DNA of 20,000 bases from Neovahlkampfia damariscottae. Taxonomy: Eukaryota. Under the pieces are notes generated by a model, which saw only the letters and a program-made list of their open reading frames with translations, was not told where the DNA came from and made no database searches. Shown piece by piece: positions 12,066 to 20,000 of this stretch. Made by a program: the position numbers and the translations under genes. The stretch's first letter is position 1; every line of letters starts with the position of its first letter. Location of the stretch: positions 112,464 to 132,463 of the forward strand of contig JABLTG010000035.1 in NCBI GenBank assembly GCA_016618085.1, given 5' to 3'.

Positions 12066-13024
12066 TCAAATAAGTTTTTCATAATTATATCCATGAATTT
12101 CTCTGACAAAAAAACCTAAATCATTTAATTTTATAGCATGTTCAGAAATTGAATTAATTCTTTCATCTTTTGAATCAAATTCAATATTTAAAAGTGTTAT
12201 TTTTTCATCAGGTTTAAATAACAAAGCAAATGTCTTTTCAATTTTTTTTGAATTAAAATTAGTTTGAATTGTAATGAGTGCACGATAACGATTATTTGAA
12301 CAAGTTATATCTTCAACTTTGATTGAATGCATAAATCCAAGTACTTTGTTGAAATTTTTTAAGAATTGTTCTTCTTGTTGTAATTTTTTTGGAATACTCT
12401 TTTCCTTAATTTGATCTTGTACATTTGAGATATCTTTGAGAATTTTAACTTTTTCCATTTCCTTAAAATGGTTAAAAAGAACAATTAAAAAAAACTTGTT
12501 GAGTGATTTTTTGTTCCATTTCTTCAAAGTTAAGTGAAGAATGTTCAAGTTTATCCTTTTGAATATCGAATTTATTCATCAATGAATCACAAACTTCAAA
12601 TTTTTCTTCGTACAGTTTTTTTTTTTCATTGATGGATTGATTGACTTGAAGATGAGTTAATATTAAATCGAACTTTGATTAAGATTTTCTAAAGTATTTG
12701 TAACTTTTTCTTTCAAACTTTTGTATTCTTCTTTTTTTGTTTGATAGTTTTGTTTTTTTTGTGAATGTTTCTCTTCGAAGTTCTGTTGTATTTGTTCAAA
12801 ATCGACACATTCTGGATCTAATGTGGCTAGTTCATTTAAAAAATAATTTTTAGAGTCCAATTCACGGAAGTTGAATTTTAATTTGGAAAAATGTTCCTAA
12901 AGTATAAGGTACTATTTTTATTTGAACTTACCTTGATTTTAAAATGATCTATTTCTATTTTTTCATTAAATTTTTGTTGTTTTTTGAAGCTATACTGATC
13001 TTGGAGTTTAAATTTGTTGCTCAT
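12066..13024 (-). CDS. Probable kinetochore protein, Zwint-1/Sos7/Kre28-like (coiled coil plus possible C-terminal RWD-like domain); 4 exons
   Basis: ATG 13024. Introns 12897-12931, 12645-12673 and 12462-12495 keep the frame. KEHFSKLKFNFRELDSKNYFLNEL resembles the Sos7 motif (ELFSKLxFxYxEQxTKExFL). A long coiled coil follows, then a beta-rich C-terminus ending NDLGFFVREI. Confidence 0.55.
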
Positions 13025-13093
13025 GTTGAACTTTTAGTCAAACCGTTATTTTTTAAGCGGGATGATCAATGATTGGTTATTTTATTTCCACCA
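13025..13093. promoter_or_regulatory. 69-bp bidirectional promoter (Zwint-like / PRP18)
   Basis: TGATTGG with ATTGG at 13072-13076. A CCAAT at 13091 overlaps the PRP18 ATG. Confidence 0.5.
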
Positions 13094-14035
13094 ATGGATT
13101 TTTTGAAAGATGCAATAAAAAGCAAAAAGGAAGAATATAGTTCTCTGAAGAAAGATAAAACTAAAAAATGGGTAAAACGTGGAGATATTGAAGAAGAACA
13201 AAAAAAAAGATATTTAGAAGAACAAGAAAAAGAAAGAGTTGAAAAAGAAAAAAAGAAAAAAAGATATAATGTAGATATTGATGTAGATGAATCAAAAATG
13301 TTGAAACCCAAAATATTAACAAAAGAAGAACAAGAATTATTTGAAAAATCAGAAATAATAAAAAAAGCATTGAGAGAACTCAAACAACCAATGACTTTAT
13401 TTGGAGAAACAGACAAAGAAAGAGAACAAAGATTAGAATTCATTGAAAAGAATGGAGTACCAAAAGAAATTAAAATTGAGTCTTTTGAATATCCAGAAGA
13501 AAAAAAAGAAACAAAATTAGAAAATATTTTCAAGTTTGAGAATTCAGAGTCTTTTCCAGTTCAAGAAAAAGATGAAAAAAATTCTCATTATGTCCATAAA
13601 ATACTTTCATTAATTTTAAAATATTGGGAAATGGAATCAAAAACTACTTCAATAAACTCAAGAGAAGGAAAAATTTTGATAAACAGGTTCAATGATACAA
13701 AAAAAGATATTTCAAAATTTTTTGATTTACTTTTGGATGAAGCTGTTCCATTAAATATATTATCTGCTTGTCTTAAAATTGTAAAATCTATTCAAGAAAA
13801 AGAATATATGAAAGCAAATGATGAATATCTTGCTTTGGCAATTGGAAATGCTCCTTGGCCACTAGGTGTAACGGCAACGGGTATTCATGCAAGATCTGGA
13901 AGAGAAAGAATTGAAAAGAAAAACATTAAATCTATTTTTAATGATGATGAACAAAAAAGGAATTTACAAGCAGTAAAAAGATTAATAACTTATTCACAAA
14001 CAATTTATCCAACAGATCCAAGTAAAATGATTTAA
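13094..14035 (+). CDS. PRPF18: Pre-mRNA splicing factor 18
   Basis: MDFLK start. SFM/PRP4-like motif LRELKQPMTLFGETDKEREQRL. Prp18 motif ANDEYLALAIGNAPWPLGVTATGIHARSGRERI. C-terminus YPTDPSK. Confidence 0.95.
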   Translation: MDFLKDAIKSKKEEYSSLKKDKTKKWVKRGDIEEEQKKRYLEEQEKERVEKEKKKKRYNVDIDVDESKMLKPKILTKEEQELFEKSEIIKKALRELKQPMTLFGETDKEREQRLEFIEKNGVPKEIKIESFEYPEEKKETKLENIFKFENSESFPVQEKDEKNSHYVHKILSLILKYWEMESKTTSINSREGKILINRFNDTKKDISKFFDLLLDEAVPLNILSACLKIVKSIQEKEYMKANDEYLALAIGNAPWPLGVTATGIHARSGRERIEKKNIKSIFNDDEQKRNLQAVKRLITYSQTIYPTDPSKMI

Positions 14036-14139
14036 ATAAAAAATTTTAAATTTATTTCGGAAAAACTTCAATTTGGTTTATCCAACCAAAAACTTTAGAA
14101 TCTCAAAAATAAATTATTGGTTAAAAAAAAAAAGAACTG

Positions 14140-15433
14140 ATGAGTGAACCTGAAGTAATTCAAAGATTACAAACACTTGCTAGAGATGGAACACCAAAAA
14201 TAAATAAGAAAAAAACACCAAAATATTACTTTCAAGCTGGTTCTGCTTTTTTAAAAGCAGTTGTACAAAATAAAAAAGAAGGCGACGTTGAAACAGCTTA
14301 CGTAAATGCTTATGCTTTCACTGTGTAAGTTATATAAATTAAATTTTAACAAAAATTAAATTAGATTGATTGAAAAAAGATTACCTTATCATCCAGACAT
14401 AAACGACCCTCAATTCTATGACGAATTTATGTTTAATAAAAAAAAAATACCTGCAATTCAAAAAGATTTGGATGCAATGAAAAATCAAATTCTTAAAAAT
14501 CATGGTATTTCAAATCAACCAGATGTTTTGGGTGGTCTTTTTAATTCTGTTTCAAGTTGGTTCGGAAGTTCAAGTTCAAGTACTCCAAAAAAACAACCAG
14601 ATATGATTGATAATCTTGCTCAAAATGAAAAAGTACAACAATATGTTGGAGATCAAGTTTCAAAATATGCACAAAGTGATGAATTTCATGATCAATTTTC
14701 GAGTACAATTTCAAATACTGTAAATGATGACAAATATAAAGAATCATTTGGAAATACAATCGCTGATAATACAGATAATTACTTTCTTCAAGAATTAGCA
14801 AGAAATAAACAAGTACAGGATGGTGTTGCTTATACCGTCACAAAAACAGTTGGAAATAAAGAAGTTCAAAAACAAGTAGGAAATTATGTTGCACAAAAAG
14901 CACAAGATAAAGAAGTACAAAAGAAAATGGCAGAAGGAGCATTATATTTAGGGAAAGGAGCAATTAATAAAGGAGATGTAGTTAAAGACTATGCTTATGA
15001 TTGGCTTTCTGATGAACAAAATCAACAAAAAGTAAAAGAAAATGCATCATATTATGGAAAGCAAGGTCTTGACTGGGCATCAGATGAAAAAAATCAAAAA
15101 GTAATTAAAGACAATGCGTCTTACTACGGTAAAAAAGGATATGACTGGGCATCAGATGAACAAAATCAGAAAATTATTAAAGATAATGCGTCTTATTATG
15201 GTAAAAAAGGATATGACTGGGTATCAGATGAACAAAATCAAAAAGTAATTAAAGACAATGCGTCTTATTATGGTAAAAAAGGATATGATTGGGCATCAGA
15301 TGAACAAAATCAAAAAAAGATCAAAGAAAATGCTGCATATGTTGGTGATAAAGCTGTGAAAGGTGGTCAATTTTTAGGACAACTTGGACTTAATGCAGCT
15401 AAAGGTTTTTGGGATGACTATAATAAAAAATAA
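14140..15433 (+). CDS. Protein with an N-terminal USP8-dimerisation/AMSH-MIT-like domain and C-terminal helical tandem repeats; 2 exons
   Basis: Intron 14325-14364 joins YYFQAGSAFLKAVVQNKKEGDVETAYVNAYAFTVLIEKRLPYHPD, which resembles the AMSH/USP8 N-terminal pattern YFRsa...EGnxExAYv...LPxHPD. No JAMM or USP catalytic domain follows. Confidence 0.65.
14996..15355 (+). repeat. Coding tandem repeat, 5 x 72 nt (24 aa, YDWASDEQNQKxIKDNASYYGKKG)
   Basis: Units start at 14996, 15068, 15140, 15212 and 15284. The internal copies are near-identical at DNA level. Confidence 0.95.
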
Positions 15434-15566
15434 AAATTGAGTTGAAGATTCATATTTTTTTGTATTTTTATGTGCAAAAGTTGAAGGTTCAATTTTTTTG
15501 TCCAATCATCTTTATTAAATAATGCAATAAATTGATGAGAAACTTGAGCTCCAATTATATTTCAAA

Positions 15567-17029
15567 ATGGATTCATCTTTACTAACAGACAAACAAGTTC
15601 AACAATTTATTTGTGATGGTTTCTTGATCATCAAAAGTACATTCTCAGAAGAGTTTCACAAAGACCTTTACAAAGAAGCTTTAAACCTTCATGAAAGAGA
15701 AGGGAATAATGGGAATAACATTTATCCAAAAGTGTTAAATTTATTAAAAGTCTATCAAGATAAACCAGTTGTTGATGCTCTTGAATCATTGCTTGGAAAT
15801 AATTATATTATGCAACCTCATCGTCATCCTCATTTGAATCGTCCTGGAAGCAAGTTTCAACAATGGCACAAAGATTCATTTTTTGGATTCACAAAACCTG
15901 CAAGACATCATCATATCACTAATTTGATGGGATTCTATTATCCTCAAAAAACAACTATTAAAATGGCACCAACTGAAATAAAACCACAAACTCAATATTC
16001 TATGATTGACCCGAGAAATAGAGTTATAAAATTAGATAATAAACATAGAAAAGTAGATAAAGAAAAAGATATTATTTTTACTTGCGAAGCTGGAACAATT
16101 TTAATAATACACTATGATTTAGTTCATAGGGGAACTTCAAACAAGAGTTCTAATGACAGATTTATGTTTAAGTTTCAATTTTCAAGAACAGAATTTCCTT
16201 TAAAACCAACTTGGAATAGTCAAAATTTAATTTGGAAAACACCAATAAATATGAATCCTTTATTTGAAAGAATTGGTGAACATGTTTGGAATTGGATGTG
16301 TGGAAATGAGGTTAATATTAAAAAAATTAATATTGATCATAAAATCATTTCAAAATTGGATGCAAAGGACGAAGACGAACGTTTATTTGCCAATTATGAA
16401 ATAGCACAAAGTGAAGATTTTGAACTATTATTCAAACGATTATCTAATTCTCAAATTCAATATGCATTGAATTCTGCATACGCTTTGGTTTCCAGTGGTG
16501 TTCATGGGATGAAATATTTGATTGAAGGCTTAAATGATAAATCAGTGACAGTACAATATCTATCTTGTTATATCTTATCTGAAATTGGTGTTCCTGCAAA
16601 AGATTCTATTCCAAATTTGTTAACATTGCTCAAAGCAAAGTATCTATTTTAATTTTAATCTCTTTTAGAAACCAAAAACATTCCGAAAAGAATTCTCATT
16701 TTGTCAGACTGTACATTATGGAAGCATTTGGAAATTTTGAAGTTTCTTCAAAAGAAGTGATTGATGCTTTATGTTATCATTTATTACAAATCAATGAATC
16801 AAATGATATGGTTAGATATTCTTCTGCAATGTCTTTAATAAAATTATGTGATGAATCTTCAATTGAATATTTAGAGAAATCTTTGAATGATGATTGTCGC
16901 TATGTTAGAGAATATTCTTTAATTGCTCTCCAAAGAATTGGAACAAAAGTATCTTTAAAAATATTTCAAGACTATCGTGATAAGCATAAGAATCTTGATC
17001 CACTTACAACTAAAGATAGTCAATATTAA
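15567..17029 (+). CDS. Phytanoyl-CoA dioxygenase-family (Fe/2-oxoglutarate) protein with C-terminal HEAT (PBS-lyase-like) repeats; 2 exons
   Basis: LLTDKQVQQFICDGFLII start. HxD in QQWHKDS, distal His in HYDLVHRG, and DRFMFKFQF. HEAT-like units such as LIEGLNDKSVTVQYLSCYILSEIG and LEKSLNDDCRYVREYSLIALQRIG. Intron 16640-16668. Confidence 0.85.
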
Positions 17030-17053
17030 TAAAATTTAATTTTGAAGTAATGT

Positions 17054-18439
17054 TCAATTTAAAGCAATAAATATTGAAAGATACAATAAAATAAAACAAA
17101 TTGTCAAAGTACTTGAACTATTTGTTGAGGGGTTCGAATTACTATTAATTGGGGTTTGTAATGATGAAATTGGTGATTTACTGATTGATGGACTTGAAAT
17201 ATTTGGAATTATGTTATCTGTTTTGTTAATGATAAATTTAGCCATTTCAATTACACCATTCATCATTTCTTGACCAGTAGCTATAATTTGATCTGCAGGT
17301 AAAAGAAAACCACCTTCTTCAGAAAATTGTGGTCGAACTTCAGCTGCAAAAGAAAATATTCCATTTTTTCCATAACACCAATCAACACCACTTCCAGATG
17401 CTTCATAAATCACTACACTTATTCTTCCAGGTTGATAAAATTTCGAAAAGGTTGATGTAATATTTTGAGACATTTTTGTGTTAATCAAAGTCAATTCAGT
17501 TTCATCTGGTGGAACTGATTTTGAATATCCATAAGGTCTCATTAATAATTGAGAATATGCATGGATGTCTAAATAAAATTTTACATTGGACAATGATGAA
17601 ATATAATTGATTATTGCTTTTACTTCAATTTCACTATCCGCAGATGATCCTCGATATAGTTCAGAACATGGATCGGTTGAGCTTCCACCTGAATTCCATT
17701 GATAATTCCAATTTCTATTGAGATCTGTTCCAATACAACCACTTCCAGAATTGGGTGACCTAGATTTTCTCCATAAACGATTGGTTGTTACTGAATATGT
17801 GAAACCATCAGGATTCATAATAGGTATTATATGCCACTCAATAGTTTCTAATAAAAATTGAGTGGTTGAATTTGAGTTTGTCAATAAATCATAAATCATC
17901 CAAAATGAAGAAGTTATTCCCGCCCATTCTCTTGCATGTAATCCACTTGTAATAACAATACTTGATTTTATGTAGTTCGTTTTCTTTGTAATTTTAATTC
18001 CAAAAATATCTCGGTTTTCATAACTCTTTCCGATAATCATTTTTTCTGCTAGATCAGGATATGAGTTTACAATAGTATTTAACCAAATTTCATATTCCGA
18101 AAGAGTGTGGTATTTTTTAAAAAAATCAGTTTCATTGGAGTACAAATTTTCTTTTTCTTTTTTCATTAAATCTTCAAGATTAAAGTTTTTTTGAATTTGA
18201 TAAGGAATATTTAGTATTTCTAAGGAATTTTCGACCTTGTCTTTCACTTTTTGATGTATTAAAAAATCAAAACTTTTGTCAATTGGTATTCCATCTTTCC
18301 AAACATCAATAGCATATATCTCCGTCAATTTTTTGAATTTTTTGTATTGTTCATTTGTTATTTTGGTGTTGTACAAATAAGTCTTTGAAAAAACCAAACT
18401 CAACAATGACAAAAAACAACAAAAACGAAATGATAGCAT
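17054..18439 (-). CDS. M14A zinc carboxypeptidase (A-like), secreted, probable GPI anchor
   Basis: Signal peptide and pro-domain. Motifs GLHAREW, LWRKSR, DLNRNW, DIHAYSQ, GSGVDW (hydrophobic S1' position, so CPA-like) and catalytic E in AAEVR. A Ser/Pro-rich stalk and hydrophobic C-terminal tail follow. Confidence 0.92.
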   Translation of the reverse strand: MLSFRFCCFLSLLSLVFSKTYLYNTKITNEQYKKFKKLTEIYAIDVWKDGIPIDKSFDFLIHQKVKDKVENSLEILNIPYQIQKNFNLEDLMKKEKENLYSNETDFFKKYHTLSEYEIWLNTIVNSYPDLAEKMIIGKSYENRDIFGIKITKKTNYIKSSIVITSGLHAREWAGITSSFWMIYDLLTNSNSTTQFLLETIEWHIIPIMNPDGFTYSVTTNRLWRKSRSPNSGSGCIGTDLNRNWNYQWNSGGSSTDPCSELYRGSSADSEIEVKAIINYISSLSNVKFYLDIHAYSQLLMRPYGYSKSVPPDETELTLINTKMSQNITSTFSKFYQPGRISVVIYEASGSGVDWCYGKNGIFSFAAEVRPQFSEEGGFLLPADQIIATGQEMMNGVIEMAKFIINKTDNIIPNISSPSISKSPISSLQTPINSNSNPSTNSSSTLTICFILLYLSIFIALN

Positions 18440-18586
18440 TTGATTGGCTGGGGTTTGTTTCTCACGTTTTTATTGTCATAAGTAGACCCTGCAAAGGTTT
18501 TTTTTTCAATGTGAAAGTTACCCAAATCATGAAGAAATTATTTTGAGAATTGAATGCCACAATTGAATTGAAAACAGGATTAATAT

Positions 18587-18934
18587 TTATTCTTCATTTT
18601 CTAATTCAAGTGCCTTATTTTCAAGTTGGGTGGCTTTTTGTTCCAAAGTTTGAATTCTTTGTTCTAATGTTCCAATAGATTCGGTCGTTTCAAGAGTTTC
18701 ACCTGTAATGCTATTTCTTCTGCCTCTTCTCATAGATACTCCAGCCCTTGATACTCGACCTCTAGCTTTCACATCTTCAGATAAAGTAGTTTCATCTGTG
18801 ATGCTACTTCTTCTCCCTCTTCTCACTGACACTCCGGCCCCTGAGACTCTTCCCCTTGCGTTTACTGATGTTTGGCAAAGAACGATTGTAAAAAGCAATG
18901 CTAATAGAGCAACCAAGTGAAGGATGTTTTTCAT
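18587..18934 (-). CDS. Small secreted protein (115 aa) with a duplicated Arg/Gly-rich module and a C-terminal coiled coil
   Basis: ATG start, hydrophobic signal peptide, two 31-aa-period repeats and heptads LEQRIQT/LEQKATQ/LENKALE. CCAAT boxes upstream and AATAAA at the stop. Confidence 0.7.
   Translation of the reverse strand: MKNILHLVALLALLFTIVLCQTSVNARGRVSGAGVSVRRGRRSSITDETTLSEDVKARGRVSRAGVSMRRGRRNSITGETLETTESIGTLEQRIQTLEQKATQLENKALELENEE
18695..18865 (-). repeat. Internal duplication, 93-nt period (VxARGRVSxAGVSxRRGRRxSITxET)
   Basis: Two copies are conserved at protein level with many synonymous differences (gca agg gga aga gtc vs gct aga ggt cga gta). Confidence 0.85.
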
Positions 18935-19090
18935 GACTCTTTGTTTTTGTCATCCAATGAGATAGCCAAGTTTTAACGAAAACCACCAATCATCAGTTTT
19001 TGGTCTCAAAAAAATCTAAAAATTTCTAAAACAAATTTAGTGGAATTTTGATTTTTTTTCCTTCATTTTGAGTTTTTGAATTTTTTTGCA

Positions 19091-19200
19091 CCGCTATCTT
19101 AAAACTGACTTTTCTGTTCATTCTGATTAATCAAGGTTTCTTTCGGGATAGGACCGTCGCCAGCAGTACTGGCAGTTTTTGGATTTCCAATAAAATTTTG
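19091..19200 (-). ncRNA. Putative Fanzor omegaRNA scaffold overlapping the 3' end of the ORF and the element right end
   Basis: Locally GC-rich. Hairpin GCCAG-N5-CTGGC at 19159-19173, palindrome TGATTAATCA at 19124-19133, and CTATC (19151-19147) complementary to GATAG (19098-19094). It ends in ...GATAGCGG before an A-rich flank. The position matches known TnpB/Fanzor omegaRNAs. Boundaries are inferred. Confidence 0.55.
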
Positions 19201-20000
19201 TATATTCATCAGAAATATATTTCTTGCTCCATTATAATCTCTTGGAAGAGAAAAATTACAATATTTACAATTGAAATGATCTTTTTTTCCAAGTTTCCAA
19301 TCTATTTTTCCACATGATCCACATGTACAACTGGTATAATGTTCTGAAACTTCATGTACTTGAACAAAATCTTTTTGAGCAGTTTTTAATGCTCCAAGTT
19401 TATAAGATGGACAAAAGAAAAATCCTTCTTCATTCCATTTAATACTTGGTTTACCACCATTGACTGGTATTCCAACACTTTGAGACATTTTTTCAGTTCT
19501 TTTTTTCATGTTTGCTTCTAATTTGATTTTTTTGTTTGTTTTCTTTTGTTTTTCTTTCAGCATTTCTGTTGAACTGTGAACATTACAGACATATTGCTGA
19601 ATAGCATAATCTAAAGCATCTCGTGGTATTTTTTTCAATTTTCTATTGAACAACCAAGGGTATTTTGAAGATTCTGGATTCTTATCTGCATTTAAAATAA
19701 TCTTTTTCAATAACAAAAAATTTGCATCATATCCAAGATCTTCAACAAAATGATGACTTAAATTGTAAACGAATCGAGTAATTCTCATCCATTCTTGTAT
19801 TTTTTTCTTTTGTTCACTTGTTGGTTTTAAAAGAATTTTTCTTGATTGAATAATTTCATCTGTATCAAGTTGTTTTTTTGATAAACCAGTTTTATGTGAA
19901 ACTTGTTTGTTTTCTTTTGGAACATCTTTTGATGAAAATAAAACACCTTCTGTTAATGAAGATTGTTCTACCAACTTTTTTGTCCAACAAATATTCTTGT
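19099..20000 (-). mobile_element. Fanzor2/TnpB-family ORF (IS607-related), 5' end outside the window, apparently internally deleted
   Basis: N-terminal SRKILLKPTSEQKKKIQEWMRITRFVYN (TnpB/Fanzor2 first WED strand and helix) and YPWL..IP. C-terminal VHEVSEHYTSCTCGSCG...FNCKYC zinc finger and RuvC-III RDYNGARNI. The frame is open to position 20000 (KNICWTKKLVEQ...). No RuvC-I D-x-G motif lies between these blocks. Confidence 0.88.

Noticed and set aside
13066..13533. Antisense or alternative-frame ORFs (e.g. 92-346, 833-1063, 2588-2806, 4837-5230, 6659-6967, 9503-9709, 13066-13533, 18708-18920)
   Set aside because: These are F/S/L-rich shadows of well-supported genes on the opposite strand, with no independent motifs.
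14996..15355. 72-nt repeats as a CRISPR array
   Set aside because: There are no unique spacers. The units are in-frame coding repeats with synonymous variation in a eukaryotic gene.
19071..19090. A target of the putative Fanzor guide elsewhere in this window
   Set aside because: No convincing match was seen by eye. The sequence is low-complexity and A-rich, so partial matches are uninformative.
19091..20000. Terminal inverted repeats, target-site duplication or an associated transposase for the Fanzor element
   Set aside because: The left end lies outside the window, so none can be supported here.
1..20000. Alternative (ciliate-type) genetic code or prokaryotic/viral origin
   Set aside because: TAA and TGA terminate conserved proteins at the expected ends, and in-frame stops fall within GT-AG introns. 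The gene set is core nuclear eukaryotic.

Overview
A very AT-rich, gene-dense eukaryotic nuclear region using the standard genetic code. It has tiny GT-AG introns (28-40 nt) and intergenic gaps of 6-225 bp, consistent with a free-living protist (heterolobosean-like is an inference only). After manual splicing it holds about 16 genes: a partial unknown gene, a CYP7-clan P450 broken by five 1-nt indels, a ~1050-aa RUN-domain protein, AOAH, Xaa-Pro aminopeptidase, 3-ketoacyl-CoA reductase, ERCC1, DNLZ/Hep1, TFB5 (missed by the ORF track), a Zwint-1/Sos7-like kinetochore protein, PRP18, a USP8-dimer-like domain plus repeat protein, a PhyH-HEAT dioxygenase, a GPI-type M14 carboxypeptidase, a small secreted cationic-repeat protein, and a Fanzor2/TnpB-like ORF running off the right edge. 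The Fanzor is the most interesting element. It keeps an open frame, the N-terminal WED/REC part, the zinc finger, the RuvC-III motif and a plausible omegaRNA/IS607-type right end, but it appears to lack RuvC-I and the bridge helix through an in-frame deletion. Window-wide signals are CCAAT boxes in every promoter interval, AATAAA merged with stop codons, and near absence of 3n-length introns.
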